Below the pieces are notes generated by a model, which saw only the letters and a program-made list of their open reading frames with translations, did not search any database and was not told the origin of the DNA. Positions 1 through 9,401 of a stretch of DNA of 64,000 bases are shown one piece after another; the first letter of the stretch is position 1; every line of letters starts with the position of its first letter. Location: positions 896,001 through 960,000 of the forward strand of contig CAVTCS010000003.1 of NCBI GenBank assembly GCA_963733295.1. Reading direction: 5' to 3'. Source of the stretch: Vulcanimicrobiota bacterium (lineage in GTDB: Bacteria > Vulcanimicrobiota > Vulcanimicrobiia > Vulcanimicrobiales > Vulcanimicrobiaceae). The position numbers and the translations under genes were made by a program.

Positions 1-837
1 TTGTCGCTCGGTTTCGATAAGGCGCTCGAGACGATGGAACGCGAGCAAGATCACGCGCGCAACTCCAAATACACCCACAAGGAGCTCCACGACGACAAGG
101 GCACGTCGGGTGTTCCCCGCCCGGTGGGTTACACGGGCATGATCTGGACCGGTTTCCGGCCTTCCGACGATGCCTGCCAATACAACTATTTGATCCCTTC
201 GGAGATGATGGCCGTCGTCGCCTTGGGCGATCTCGACGAGATCGAGCGGACCGTTTACCGGAACCTCATCAAGTCGAACCGCGCCCGTACGATGCGCTCG
301 GAGGTTCAGGACGGGATCCAGAAGTACGGCGAGATATTCACGCCGAACTACGGCTACATCTACGCCTACGAGGTCGATGGGCTCGGCAACTCGACCCTGA
401 TGGACGACGCGAACATCCCGAGCCTGCTCTCGGCGCCCTACATCGGCTACACCAAAGCGGACAGCTTCGTCTACAAGAACACCCGGCGCTTCTTGCTCTC
501 GAAGGACGATCCGTACTACTACATCGGCTCGATCGCGCGCGGCATCGGAAGCGCCCATACGAACGATGGGTACGTCTGGCCGCTGGCGCTGGTGGTGCAG
601 GGTCTCACGGCGACCTCGGACAGCGAGCGCAAAGACGTACTCGACCAGCTCCTGGCGAGCGACCCGGGCGACCACTTGTTGCACGAGTCCTTCGATCCGA
701 ACAACCCCACGAAATTCACCCGGGCGGACTTCGGTTGGCCGAACGCGCTGTTCAGCGAATTCGTCATGACCTACCTGAACGGCGTGCCACCGCTTCCGAT
801 GGGAAATACGAGCGATCTCGAGTTTCGTGGCGAGTAA
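1..837 (+). CDS. Glycoside hydrolase family 125 (exo-alpha-1,6-mannosidase-like), 5' truncated by the window edge
   Basis: Motifs GMIWTGFRPSDDAC..YLIPS, YAYEVDG, MDDANIPSLLS.PY, GIGS.HT, LHESF and FGWPN.LF are typical of GH125. Confidence 0.85.
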   Translation: MSLGFDKALETMEREQDHARNSKYTHKELHDDKGTSGVPRPVGYTGMIWTGFRPSDDACQYNYLIPSEMMAVVALGDLDEIERTVYRNLIKSNRARTMRSEVQDGIQKYGEIFTPNYGYIYAYEVDGLGNSTLMDDANIPSLLSAPYIGYTKADSFVYKNTRRFLLSKDDPYYYIGSIARGIGSAHTNDGYVWPLALVVQGLTATSDSERKDVLDQLLASDPGDHLLHESFDPNNPTKFTRADFGWPNALFSEFVMTYLNGVPPLPMGNTSDLEFRGE

Positions 838-2104
838 CGCCACGATCCAAAACAAGGCCGACCTCGTTCTCGGCGTTCAATGGGGCGACGAAGGCAAGGG
901 CCGCGTCGTGGATGCGTACGCCGGCGACTATGACGTCGTCGCGCGCTTCGGAGGTGGCGACAACGCGGGTCATACGCTGGTCGTGGGCGACCGGAAGATG
1001 GCGCTGCGGATCGTCCCCAGTGGCGTACTGCGCGAGCGGCCGGAGCTGTTCATCGGCGGTGGTACCGTCGTGAGCCTGCCCGGACTCGTGGCCGAACTCG
1101 ACATGCTCGCTGCCGCAGGCGTCGACCTCGCGCGTATCAAGATCTCCGATCGCGCGCACCTCGTCCTGCCGTATCATCCGGCGCTCGATCGAGTTTCGGA
1201 ACGTTCGCGGGGACAAGCCGCGATCGGGACGACCGGCCGGGGGATCGGTCCCGCCTATGCCGACAAGGCCGCGCGTCTCGGCGTTACTTTCGGCGATCTG
1301 TCGCACACCGACCGGCTTCTCGATACGATTCGCGCGACCGCGCGCTGGCACGCGATGCGCTTCGAAGGCGAAGACGGCGCCGGCACCGACGCCGCCATCC
1401 TCGAGGTCCTCAACGCTGCTCCGCGCGTCATTCCTCACGTCGTCGACGGCGTCGAGTATCTGCACGAGAAGCTCGAAAGCGGCCGGCGCATCTTGGTCGA
1501 GGGCGCGCAAGGAACGCTCCTGGACGTCGGTTTCGGCACCTATCCGTTCGTTACGAGCTCGCATACGATCGCGGGCGGCGCCTGCATCGGTTTAGGTCTC
1601 GGCCCCACGCAAATCGGACGCGTCGTCGGCGTGGCCAAGGCCTACTCGACGCGGGTCGGCAGCGGTCCGTTTCCGTCCGAACTGCACGATGCGACCGGAG
1701 AGCGGATGCGCGAGCGCGGGGGCGAGTTCGGCACGAACACGGGGCGGCCGCGGCGCTGCGGCTGGTTCGACGGCATCGCGGCGCGCTACGCCTCGCGGAT
1801 CAACGGGCTCACCTCGGTCGTCATCACCAAACTCGACGTCCTAACCGGTATCGAGCGCCTGGGCATCGTCACCGCGTACAAGCTCGAAGGCCGGAACGCC
1901 GGATTTTCCGCCGCCGCGGAACCGGGTCTCGAGCCGCACATCGAATGGTTCGACGGCTGGAGCGAAGATCTCGCAGGGGTTCGCCGCATCGGCGAATTGC
2001 CGCAGTCTGCGCGACGTTACGTCGAAGCGCTCGCGGCGAGCTTCGGCGTTGCGGTCGAAGCGGTTTCCGTCGGTCCCGAGCGCGCCTCGCTCGCGCTCGC
2101 GTAA
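827..2104 (+). CDS. purA: Adenylosuccinate synthetase
   Basis: QWGDEGKG, GG.NAGHT, IGTTGRGIGPAY.DK, EGAQG.LLD..FGTYPFVTSS, TGRPRRCGW. Confidence 0.98.
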   Translation: MASNATIQNKADLVLGVQWGDEGKGRVVDAYAGDYDVVARFGGGDNAGHTLVVGDRKMALRIVPSGVLRERPELFIGGGTVVSLPGLVAELDMLAAAGVDLARIKISDRAHLVLPYHPALDRVSERSRGQAAIGTTGRGIGPAYADKAARLGVTFGDLSHTDRLLDTIRATARWHAMRFEGEDGAGTDAAILEVLNAAPRVIPHVVDGVEYLHEKLESGRRILVEGAQGTLLDVGFGTYPFVTSSHTIAGGACIGLGLGPTQIGRVVGVAKAYSTRVGSGPFPSELHDATGERMRERGGEFGTNTGRPRRCGWFDGIAARYASRINGLTSVVITKLDVLTGIERLGIVTAYKLEGRNAGFSAAAEPGLEPHIEWFDGWSEDLAGVRRIGELPQSARRYVEALAASFGVAVEAVSVGPERASLALA

Positions 2105-2119
2105 AGCCGCCGCCGTCCG

Positions 2120-2752
2120 CTAGGTCGGCGAAGTGATAACGCGCAGTAGCAGGCCGAACACGATCGCCACCGCGAGGTAGGGCGCGAAGGCCATCGGTTC
2201 GGTTCGACGTCCCCGGATCCAGCCGACCGCAACGAGCGCGAGACAAGCTGCGGCAAACGTCAAGAGCGAGAGTTGGAAGCCGAGGACCGCACCGCCCAGA
2301 GCTGCGAGCTTGCTGTCGCCCCAACCCATGCCGCGTCCCTTTGAAAGGAGCGCTGCCAGAGCGAAGGGCAAGAACGCGGCGATCGTCGACCAGAGCAACG
2401 CCCATGTAAACTCACGCTGCACGAAGGCGGCTACGACGACGACGCCGAGCGGAATGAGGGTGAAGTAGTCGGGGATGAAGCCGAACGCAACGTCGCTGTA
2501 CCACGCCGCGCAGAGCGAAATGCAGACGAAACCGAGGAGCGCAAAGGGAATCACTGCCACCCCGTGCGAGGCCAGCAATGCGCCGACGAGCGCGCTGCAG
2601 ACCGCGAGTCCTAGCGAGAGCTTTTGAGTCTGCTTCGGATCGGGATCCTCACGCTTGCGTGGAGACCGCGATCCGATGGCGGCACTCAATTGCATTCCGA
2701 GGAACGAGGCGCTACCGAAGACTATCGCCGAGATGATGATCGATAGGAGCAT
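2120..2752 (-). CDS. A24-family prepilin peptidase (cassette 1)
   Basis: Multi-TM protein with WYSD.....IPD and GMGWGDSKL catalytic Asp motifs and C-terminal FAPYL. Confidence 0.88.
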   Translation of the reverse strand: MLLSIIISAIVFGSASFLGMQLSAAIGSRSPRKREDPDPKQTQKLSLGLAVCSALVGALLASHGVAVIPFALLGFVCISLCAAWYSDVAFGFIPDYFTLIPLGVVVVAAFVQREFTWALLWSTIAAFLPFALAALLSKGRGMGWGDSKLAALGGAVLGFQLSLLTFAAACLALVAVGWIRGRRTEPMAFAPYLAVAIVFGLLLRVITSPT

Positions 2753-2771
2753 TCGGTTAGCGCCTCATTCC

Positions 2772-3959
2772 TTAGAACCAGCTACCGTTCGGTGACGTTT
2801 GAGTCGGAGCCGGCGTCGGCGGTACTGGGGACGCGGTCGGAGCCGGGCTGGCGGTCGCCGTCGGGGCCGGGCTGGCGGTCGGCGCCGGCGACGCGGTGTG
2901 CGTCGGCGACGGTACCGGGCTGGCGGTCGGGTGTGGCGACGGGCTGTGGGTCGCGGTCGGGACCGCCGTCGGAGTCGCGGTGTGCACGGCCGTCGCCGTC
3001 GGTGCCGGACTCGGGCTGTGGCTTGGAGTTGCCGTTCCGTGCGCCGTCGGGGTCGGGGTCGGCGTCGGCGACGCGATCGTGGTCGGCGTCGCGCTCGGCT
3101 TCGGCGACGCGGTCGGCTTCGGCGTCGCGGTCGGCTTCGGCGTCGGGCTCGCGGTCGGAACCGGCGAGGCGGTCGGAACCGGCGAGGCGGTCGGAACCGG
3201 CGAGGCGGTGGGTTTGGGACTCGCACTCGGCGACGGGCTCGGCGACGGACTCGGCGACGGGCTCGGGGTCGGTGTGGGCGACGCCAGTCCTGGCGGAGGC
3301 GAGAACGTGAGACAGGTTCCAGGGGTCGCGAGCGGCTCGACGGCCGGGACGCTTTGCGGCATTTGGGTCGGAGCCGAGGTTGGCGAGGTCGTATCGTACT
3401 CGCCTTCGAGTGAGCTTTGAACGCTCGTACCTAAGCCGGCACACTCGGCCAGCGTGGCCACGTCGGGCGAACGGAAGAAATTCTGCAGGGCGCTGTTCGA
3501 GCTCGTCGACGCGCCGAGGACGTTGGCCATGTAGCCGCCGTTGGCGGTGGTCGAACTGATCAGCGCGGCGTTGTCTTGCACCATGACCGGCTCGTAGTAG
3601 GACTCGGGGCTCGATACGGTGACATCGTTTGCGAAGCAGTCCGGTGACGGGGCAGTAGCGGGAGCGAAGAAAGCGGCGCGCGGACCGGCGCCGTCCGTAA
3701 CGCTTTGTGAAGCCACCTGACAGTTGGTCTGTTTGGTCGGCGGCTTGCCGTCGATGGTGGCATAGAGTGCGTAAAGTGAGTAGGAGGCGTAGGGGTTGTC
3801 GAGCTGCGAGACGACGCCGCCGTAGCGGACGCCCATCTGCACGCGCTCGCTCATCGCTCCTTCGCGCACCGCCCACATAACGCCGAACAGGCCGAGGAGG
3901 AAAAGCGGCAACGCGATGGTTGTCTCGGTAAGGGCTTGGCCGCGAGCGAAACGTTTCAT
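2772..3959 (-). CDS. TadE-like pseudopilin with long Pro/Thr/Ser/Ala-rich C-terminal tail (cassette 1)
   Basis: N-terminal RGQALTETTIALPLFLLGLFG (G cleavage site, E+5, hydrophobic helix); PT/PS repeats in the C-terminal part; ATG at 3959 overlaps the upstream TGA (ATGA). Confidence 0.8.
   Translation of the reverse strand: MKRFARGQALTETTIALPLFLLGLFGVMWAVREGAMSERVQMGVRYGGVVSQLDNPYASYSLYALYATIDGKPPTKQTNCQVASQSVTDGAGPRAAFFAPATAPSPDCFANDVTVSSPESYYEPVMVQDNAALISSTTANGGYMANVLGASTSSNSALQNFFRSPDVATLAECAGLGTSVQSSLEGEYDTTSPTSAPTQMPQSVPAVEPLATPGTCLTFSPPPGLASPTPTPSPSPSPSPSPSPSASPKPTASPVPTASPVPTASPVPTASPTPKPTATPKPTASPKPSATPTTIASPTPTPTPTAHGTATPSHSPSPAPTATAVHTATPTAVPTATHSPSPHPTASPVPSPTHTASPAPTASPAPTATASPAPTASPVPPTPAPTQTSPNGSWF
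3151..3209. repeat. 18-bp tandem repeat GCGGTCGGAACCGGCGAG x3 (encodes PTASPV on the minus strand)
   Basis: Exact copies at 3151, 3169 and 3187 plus a partial copy; an adjacent 12-bp near-repeat GGCGACGG(G/A)CTC x3 lies at 3229-3264. Confidence 0.9.
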
Positions 3960-5017
3960 GATGTCGCCTTGCACGCCGAGCTCAGGTTGATGCTCGAGGC
4001 TGGAGCGAACGGCCTAATCGGAACCGCATTCCACCAGCCGAGGCGGGCGCTCAACTCATCGGTGCTGACGGGTTGGGTGAAGGCGTTGTAAGCGGACCAC
4101 GCGGTGGCGCCGTTGCCGCCAAAGTTGACCAGATACCAGTCGTAGCTCCCGGCGGGCGCTGTCGGATCGTATTTTTCGCTCGGCTGAAAGACGACGTTCG
4201 GGCCGCGAATGCTATCGTAGAGTGAACCTGGTTCGAACCAGTCTTCTTCGAACATGACCGAGGTCGCGGCAGAGCGGCCGATCGCGTAGTACGGTTGGCT
4301 CTTGAAGCTCCAGAAGCTCGGTATCATCGGCTGCACGAGGGCGCAGGCGACGACGTCGACTTGGACCGGAGCGAAGTCGGGGGCTTCGCTGTCTGCGCTG
4401 CCGGAGCACACGCGCCCTAGCCCAGGGACGCAGATTCCCTCCGAATCGTACTTGAGGTCTTGCAGCCCGGTGCGCGGTTGGATCCCGGCGACCGTGTAGG
4501 TGAAGCCGCAGTCGAGCCCAGCGACGCTGATGCTTGTCTTTGGTATCCCCGGCGAGTTGCAGAACGACGAGCTGCTCATGTGCGCCAGCAGCGAGTTGGC
4601 GTCGTTTGACGTTTGCGTCTTAGCCGCAAAAGTTGCGACGTTGTTCAGCTGGGTGACGTCGTCGGTATAACGGTTCACCGCCTGCAAGTAGGCTGTGCGG
4701 AGCGAGGTGTACGTCTGTGGACAGGTCGAGGCTTGCGCGCAACCGCCGGAATTTTCGGAGGCCAGCAAGATGCCGTTGAGCAACCGGCGGATCCGGTACT
4801 CTTCGATGTTGGCGGCGTACAACTCCATCATCATCATGTTCCAGCGCTCAGTCTGGACCGTCAGGACCGCCTGCGCGGCGGCGTCGGCAGCGCTCTGAGC
4901 GCGAACCTGCCAGCGGATGACGTTACCGTAGTTCAAGGCCATGAACATCAAAACGAAGGTCGTCATGATGGCCACGACCCAAAGCGGCAGAACCTGACCG
5001 CGCGAATCGCGACGCAT
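3956..5017 (-). CDS. TadG-like / Tad-domain pilus protein (cassette 1)
   Basis: MRRDSRGQVLPLW + TM + AQSAADAAA motif; Cys-rich extracellular domain; ATG 5017 overlaps the upstream TAA (TAATG). Confidence 0.8.
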   Translation of the reverse strand: MRRDSRGQVLPLWVVAIMTTFVLMFMALNYGNVIRWQVRAQSAADAAAQAVLTVQTERWNMMMMELYAANIEEYRIRRLLNGILLASENSGGCAQASTCPQTYTSLRTAYLQAVNRYTDDVTQLNNVATFAAKTQTSNDANSLLAHMSSSSFCNSPGIPKTSISVAGLDCGFTYTVAGIQPRTGLQDLKYDSEGICVPGLGRVCSGSADSEAPDFAPVQVDVVACALVQPMIPSFWSFKSQPYYAIGRSAATSVMFEEDWFEPGSLYDSIRGPNVVFQPSEKYDPTAPAGSYDWYLVNFGGNGATAWSAYNAFTQPVSTDELSARLGWWNAVPIRPFAPASSINLSSACKATS

Positions 5018-6114
5018 TAGCAGCCACTCCATGGGTACATAGGTGCGGCTCCCGGTCCTGGATAGGTCCCGGGGTTCGGATAGCCGCCGTTGATCTCGCG
5101 ATCCCACGAATAGATCGTTTGGATTGCGCTGTTCGTCGTTGAATCGAAACCGTTAAAGGCCGTGAAGCTCGAGACCGGGCCCGTCGTCCCGTCGGGCAGC
5201 GTACCGGTCGTATTGTGCGTTAGCGTGACCGGCATGAGGCCGTTGTTGCGGTACAGCGTCGGCAGGTCAGGATTATTGACCAGGAACGCCGAGATCGTTG
5301 CGAAGTAACGCTGATGACAGGCCATCTGGGTGAACGTGCTGGCGTCGGAGCCGCCGGCCGCGGTGCCGCCCCACGAACCCGAAACAGCTGAGCCGCCCTG
5401 GTCGATCGGCACGCTCCAGTTCGAATCGTCGAGATGTTCCGCGACTCCCAGAGCGCTGAAATCTTGATTCGAACAGGTCGCGGCCGTCCACGGCATGGTG
5501 TCCGAGCAGTTCTCGATCTCGTTGAAGCCCACGTAGTACGGCGGCACGTTCTCGCCGTTCGAGAAGTAGTTGACCTGCATGTTCGAAGCGGTCGAGCCGT
5601 AGTTCAAGTTTGCGACGTCGAAATGCGCGCCGTTCTCGAGCCACTGCGGTTCGATCATCGAGCCGCTTACGCCGATCGGCACGCCGAGCAGCGAAACGAC
5701 GTTCGATTTCGAAGCCATCGACTGCATCTGCGAGGGCTGCATGATTGAGGCGCCGCCGTGCCGGTTCGAGGACGAGGCGGCGACGACGACCGGATTGGAG
5801 TCGTTGTAGCCGTAGTCGACGTAGATCGTCGGACTGGGTGCCGGCAGCACCGAGGTCGTGATGCAAGTCGGGCAGTTGAACTGCGGGAAGATTGCTTGCG
5901 TCGCGGTTTCCGGAGTTCCGCTCGAAACGCCGATGACGCTCTGGTGCGCGTTGACGAACGATGCGGCGTCGGCAGTCATTTGCAGATAGCCGACGATGCC
6001 GATCTGAACGGCGCCCAGGACCATGACCAAAACGACACCGACTACGAGCGCCGTCTCGACGAGAGCGGCGCCGCGGATTGGGTGGTTACGTCGTGCTTGT
6101 TTGCGTATCTTCAT
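5017..6114 (-). CDS. Large TadE-like pseudopilin (cassette 1)
   Basis: RGAALVETALVVGVVLVMVLG prepilin-like N-terminus; Cys-containing C-terminal domain. Confidence 0.8.
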   Translation of the reverse strand: MKIRKQARRNHPIRGAALVETALVVGVVLVMVLGAVQIGIVGYLQMTADAASFVNAHQSVIGVSSGTPETATQAIFPQFNCPTCITTSVLPAPSPTIYVDYGYNDSNPVVVAASSSNRHGGASIMQPSQMQSMASKSNVVSLLGVPIGVSGSMIEPQWLENGAHFDVANLNYGSTASNMQVNYFSNGENVPPYYVGFNEIENCSDTMPWTAATCSNQDFSALGVAEHLDDSNWSVPIDQGGSAVSGSWGGTAAGGSDASTFTQMACHQRYFATISAFLVNNPDLPTLYRNNGLMPVTLTHNTTGTLPDGTTGPVSSFTAFNGFDSTTNSAIQTIYSWDREINGGYPNPGTYPGPGAAPMYPWSGC

Positions 6115-6120
6115 GCCGGC

Positions 6121-6339
6121 CTACATCGGATTCAGGGAAGCGTTGCTGAGACTGGTCTCTTGGGTCGTCACCGACGTGCTGGTGATCGTCGCCAAAATTG
6201 CAAAACCCGTGATCGCGATTATGGAGAACACCGAAAGGATGAGCGCGAATTCTGCGATCTCTTGGCCGCCCTCGTCAATCGAGAACGCGAGAATGCGGCG
6301 TGCGAAATCGGTATCGAACATCCGAACGTTTGCTCCCAT
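6121..6339 (-). CDS. flp: Flp-family type IVb pilin (cassette 1)
   Basis: 72 aa; DEGGQEIAEFALIL then a hydrophobic helix; Flp size and G/E+5 pattern. Confidence 0.8.
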   Translation of the reverse strand: MGANVRMFDTDFARRILAFSIDEGGQEIAEFALILSVFSIIAITGFAILATITSTSVTTQETSLSNASLNPM

Positions 6340-6359
6340 ATTCTCTATAGTTCGGACGG

Positions 6360-6365
6360 ATTATA
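6360..6365 (-). promoter_or_regulatory. Consensus -10 box TATAAT upstream of flp cassette 1
   Basis: ATTATA on the plus strand about 20 nt upstream of the flp ATG; no clear -35. Confidence 0.5.
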
Positions 6366-6554
6366 TCGCACCGCTAGGTTGCAGAAGTGTGCGCTAAGCG
6401 TGTGAGATGCGCGGCACATCCCTATGGCGCAAAACTAATTTATCTATGCTTGCGCTCACAGGTAGAGCGCGTGCGTATGCGACCCATCACAGCGCAAAGC
6501 GAGCGCAGTGTGATCGAACTCCGCGCGCGTTTAACGCGGCGAAAAGCGAGCGAC

Positions 6555-7193
6555 TTACGTCGTCGAGATGATGACGCGCGCGAGCACGCCGAGCACGATC
6601 GCGACGGCGAGATACGGAGCGAACGCGAGCGGTTGATTCCGCCGTCCGCGAATCCAGCCGACCGCGACGAGCGCTAAGCAAGCCGCGGCGAAGGTCAGGA
6701 GCGCCGGCAGGATGCCGAGCACCGCGCCGCCGAGAGCCGCGAGCTTGCTGTCGCTCCAGCCCATGCCGCGGCCTTTCGAAAGCGCCGCGGCGATCCCGAA
6801 GGGCAGGAACGGGATCAGGCTGGCCCAGATGAGATTGAACGTGTAGCTGAAGTTACGCTCGAAGAGCGCGACGGCGAGCAGCAGCCCGAGGGGCAGCAGC
6901 GTGAAGTAATCGGGAATGTAGCCGAACGAGGCGTCGCTGTACCAGGCCGCGCAGAGCGAGACGCACACGATGCCGAGCGTCACGAAGGACACGATCGGCA
7001 CCGCGCGCGAGGCCAGCACGCCGCCGATCAAGGCGGTGCACACCGTCAAGACGATCGTCAAGCCCTGAACGCTGCGGGGATCCGCTTCGAGCCGCTTGTG
7101 GCTCGACTTGGACCCCAGCCACTCGCTAAGTTGCATGCCGAGGAAGGCCGCGCAACCGAACACGACCGCCGAGATCAGGATGGAAAGGATCAT
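6555..7193 (-). CDS. A24-family prepilin peptidase (cassette 2)
   Basis: Paralog of 2120-2752; WYSD.....IPD and GMGWSDSKL (Gly to Ser before the catalytic Asp). Confidence 0.88.
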   Translation of the reverse strand: MILSILISAVVFGCAAFLGMQLSEWLGSKSSHKRLEADPRSVQGLTIVLTVCTALIGGVLASRAVPIVSFVTLGIVCVSLCAAWYSDASFGYIPDYFTLLPLGLLLAVALFERNFSYTFNLIWASLIPFLPFGIAAALSKGRGMGWSDSKLAALGGAVLGILPALLTFAAACLALVAVGWIRGRRNQPLAFAPYLAVAIVLGVLARVIISTT

Positions 7194-7215
7194 CCGGCCG
7201 GCCGAGTGCCTTTAG

Positions 7216-8292
7216 CTAGAACCACGTGCTGGGCGTCGGGGTCGGCGGAACCGTCGGCACCGGGGTCGGGGTCGGCGGCGGCGTCGGCGTCGGCGGTACC
7301 GGGTCGGAGCCGGGGTACGGCGTCGGCGGAGGGGTCGGCGTCGGAACCGGGGTCGGCGTCGGCACCGGGCTCGGCGTCGGAACCGGGCTCACGGTCGGCA
7401 CTGGGCTCGCGGTCGCCACAGGGCTCGCGGTCGGCACAGGGGTCGGTGTCGGCACAGGTGACGGCGACCGGGTCGGCGTCGGCGGCGGGGTCGGGGTTGC
7501 CGGCGGCAGCGTCGGCGATGGCGTCACTGGCGGTGGCGAAGCGGTCAGCGTCGGTGTCGGTGACGGCGAAGGGGACACGGTCGGCGTCGGGACGCCGCTG
7601 CCCGGCGTGTACGCGACGCACGGCAGCGACCCGCCCGTTGCGACCGGCGAGACCGGTTGAATTGAGGTCGGAAGCGGGGACGGCGGAATCGTCGGGGAGA
7701 CGTTGTCGCCGAAGCCCTCCGCCGAACCGTCGAACGCGATGCCGACTTGGGTGCATTCCGTCAGCGTCTCGAGATCGGGTGACTTGAAGAAATTCTCGGC
7801 CGCGCTGTTGCCCGTCGAGCCGGTGCCGCCTCCGAGAACGCCGCCCAAGAAACCGCCGGTTCCATTGCCGGCCGAGGCAAACGCCGCGGCGTCCTGCAAC
7901 AGGACCGGCTCGGCGAACGTTTCGGGACCCACGACGTCGGCGAGGTTTCCGACGCAGTTGGGCAAGCCCACGGTCGCCGGTTGGAAAAAACCCTCGCGCG
8001 TGTTCGTGAGGATGCCCGGCATTCCGGTTTCCATCGGCGCGCACGTCGCGTAGCTCGTCGGCGGTTGGCCGTCGATCGTGGCGTAGATTGCATAAAGCGA
8101 GTAGTCTTGGTACGGATTCTTCAGCGAACCGACGACGCCGCCGTAGCGCACGCTCATCTGAACGCGCTCGCTCGTGGCTCCTTCGCGGACCGCCCAGATG
8201 ACGCCGAAAAGTCCCAACAGAAAGAGCGGCAGCGCGATCGCCGTTTCGGTGAGTGCTTGGCCGCGCGGCAGAGGGACTTTCGGAAACTTCAT
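7216..8292 (-). CDS. TadE-like pseudopilin with Pro/Thr-rich tail (cassette 2)
   Basis: RGQALTETAIALPLFLLGLFG; paralog of 2772-3959; PT repeats; ends STWF. Confidence 0.8.
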   Translation of the reverse strand: MKFPKVPLPRGQALTETAIALPLFLLGLFGVIWAVREGATSERVQMSVRYGGVVGSLKNPYQDYSLYAIYATIDGQPPTSYATCAPMETGMPGILTNTREGFFQPATVGLPNCVGNLADVVGPETFAEPVLLQDAAAFASAGNGTGGFLGGVLGGGTGSTGNSAAENFFKSPDLETLTECTQVGIAFDGSAEGFGDNVSPTIPPSPLPTSIQPVSPVATGGSLPCVAYTPGSGVPTPTVSPSPSPTPTLTASPPPVTPSPTLPPATPTPPPTPTRSPSPVPTPTPVPTASPVATASPVPTVSPVPTPSPVPTPTPVPTPTPPPTPYPGSDPVPPTPTPPPTPTPVPTVPPTPTPSTWF

Positions 8293-9401
8293 GGTGCGGT
8301 GTTACACATCGTCGTAAGGTTGATCTGCGACGCCGGTGTGAAGGGTTTCATCGGGACGTCGTTCCACCAGCCCAGACGAACGCTCATCTCGTTTTTATCG
8401 ATCGGCGTCGAGAAGCCACCGACGAGCGGATTCGCGACGGCGCCGTTTCCGCCGAAGTCCACCGCGTACCAGTTATAGGGGGAGGGGCCGCCGGCGGACG
8501 GCGGGATCGAAGTTCCGTACGTTTCGGTGAATTGGAACGGCGTAAAGGGACCCCGAGCGTTGTCGTAGAGCGAACCCGGCTGGAACCAATCTTCTTCGAC
8601 CATCACCGAGGTCGCGGCGGCACGCCCGACCGCGTAGTACGGCTGTGTCTGCAGTGCGCCGAATGCCGGAATGATCGGGGGGATGACGGCGCAGGTGAGA
8701 ACCTCGACTTGCACCGGGTTGAAGTCGATGTTTTCCGAGTTGACCTCGCTGGCGTCGCAGACTCTGCCGAAGCTCGGGATGCAGTTCGTTTCCGCGTCGA
8801 ACTCGACCGGATTGAGCGGAGTCTGATAACCGGTACCGCTCGAGGTCCCGCGGACGAGCGATCCCGTAATCGGAAGCATCGTATACTGGAAGGCGCAGTC
8901 TCCGCCTGAGGCGTTGACCGACGCCGTCGTGGGCAGCATCGTTGCCTGGTTGCAGGTGGCTTGTATGTGATGCAGCAAGGCCTGCGCGTCGCTCTGCCAG
9001 TTGCTGTACGTCGAAAACGAGACGACGTTATTGAGGACCTCGGCATCGTAGGTGTAGCGGGTCGCAGAGCGCACGAAAGCCGCCGTCAACGCGGTGTAAT
9101 CGGCGGAGCAATATGCCGGTATGCTGCAGCCGCCCGAATTGTTCGTGGTCATCAAAATCGCGTCCAGCAATTGGCGAAGCCGGAACTCCTCGACGTTCGC
9201 CGCGTAGAGCGTTTCGGTGGTCATGTTGAAGCGCTGGGTCTGAATCGAGGTCAGGGCCGCGGCTGCGGCATCGGCGGCGCTTTGGGCACGGACTTGCCAG
9301 CGGATCGTGTTGCCGTAGTTCAGCGCCATAAACATCAAAACGAACGTCGAGAGGATCGCGACGATCCAAAGCGGGATGACCTGCCCGCGCGCGTTCCGCA
9401 T
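8289..9401 (-). CDS. TadG-like / Tad-domain pilus protein (cassette 2)
   Basis: MRNARGQVIPLW, AQSAADAAA; EEDWF.PGSLYD and RLGWWN blocks shared with the cassette 1 paralog; TGATG overlap. Confidence 0.8.
   Translation of the reverse strand: MRNARGQVIPLWIVAILSTFVLMFMALNYGNTIRWQVRAQSAADAAAAALTSIQTQRFNMTTETLYAANVEEFRLRQLLDAILMTTNNSGGCSIPAYCSADYTALTAAFVRSATRYTYDAEVLNNVVSFSTYSNWQSDAQALLHHIQATCNQATMLPTTASVNASGGDCAFQYTMLPITGSLVRGTSSGTGYQTPLNPVEFDAETNCIPSFGRVCDASEVNSENIDFNPVQVEVLTCAVIPPIIPAFGALQTQPYYAVGRAAATSVMVEEDWFQPGSLYDNARGPFTPFQFTETYGTSIPPSAGGPSPYNWYAVDFGGNGAVANPLVGGFSTPIDKNEMSVRLGWWNDVPMKPFTPASQINLTTMCNTAP

Noticed and set aside
3151..3264. Short direct repeats resembling a CRISPR array
   Set aside because: Repeats are contiguous with no unique spacers, lie in frame within a CDS, and no cas genes are present.
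2792..3420. Plus-strand ORFs rich in VGVG/AVG or Arg repeats (also 7226-7660)
   Set aside because: Antisense and alternate-frame shadows of the PT-repeat tails; no RBS or independent features.
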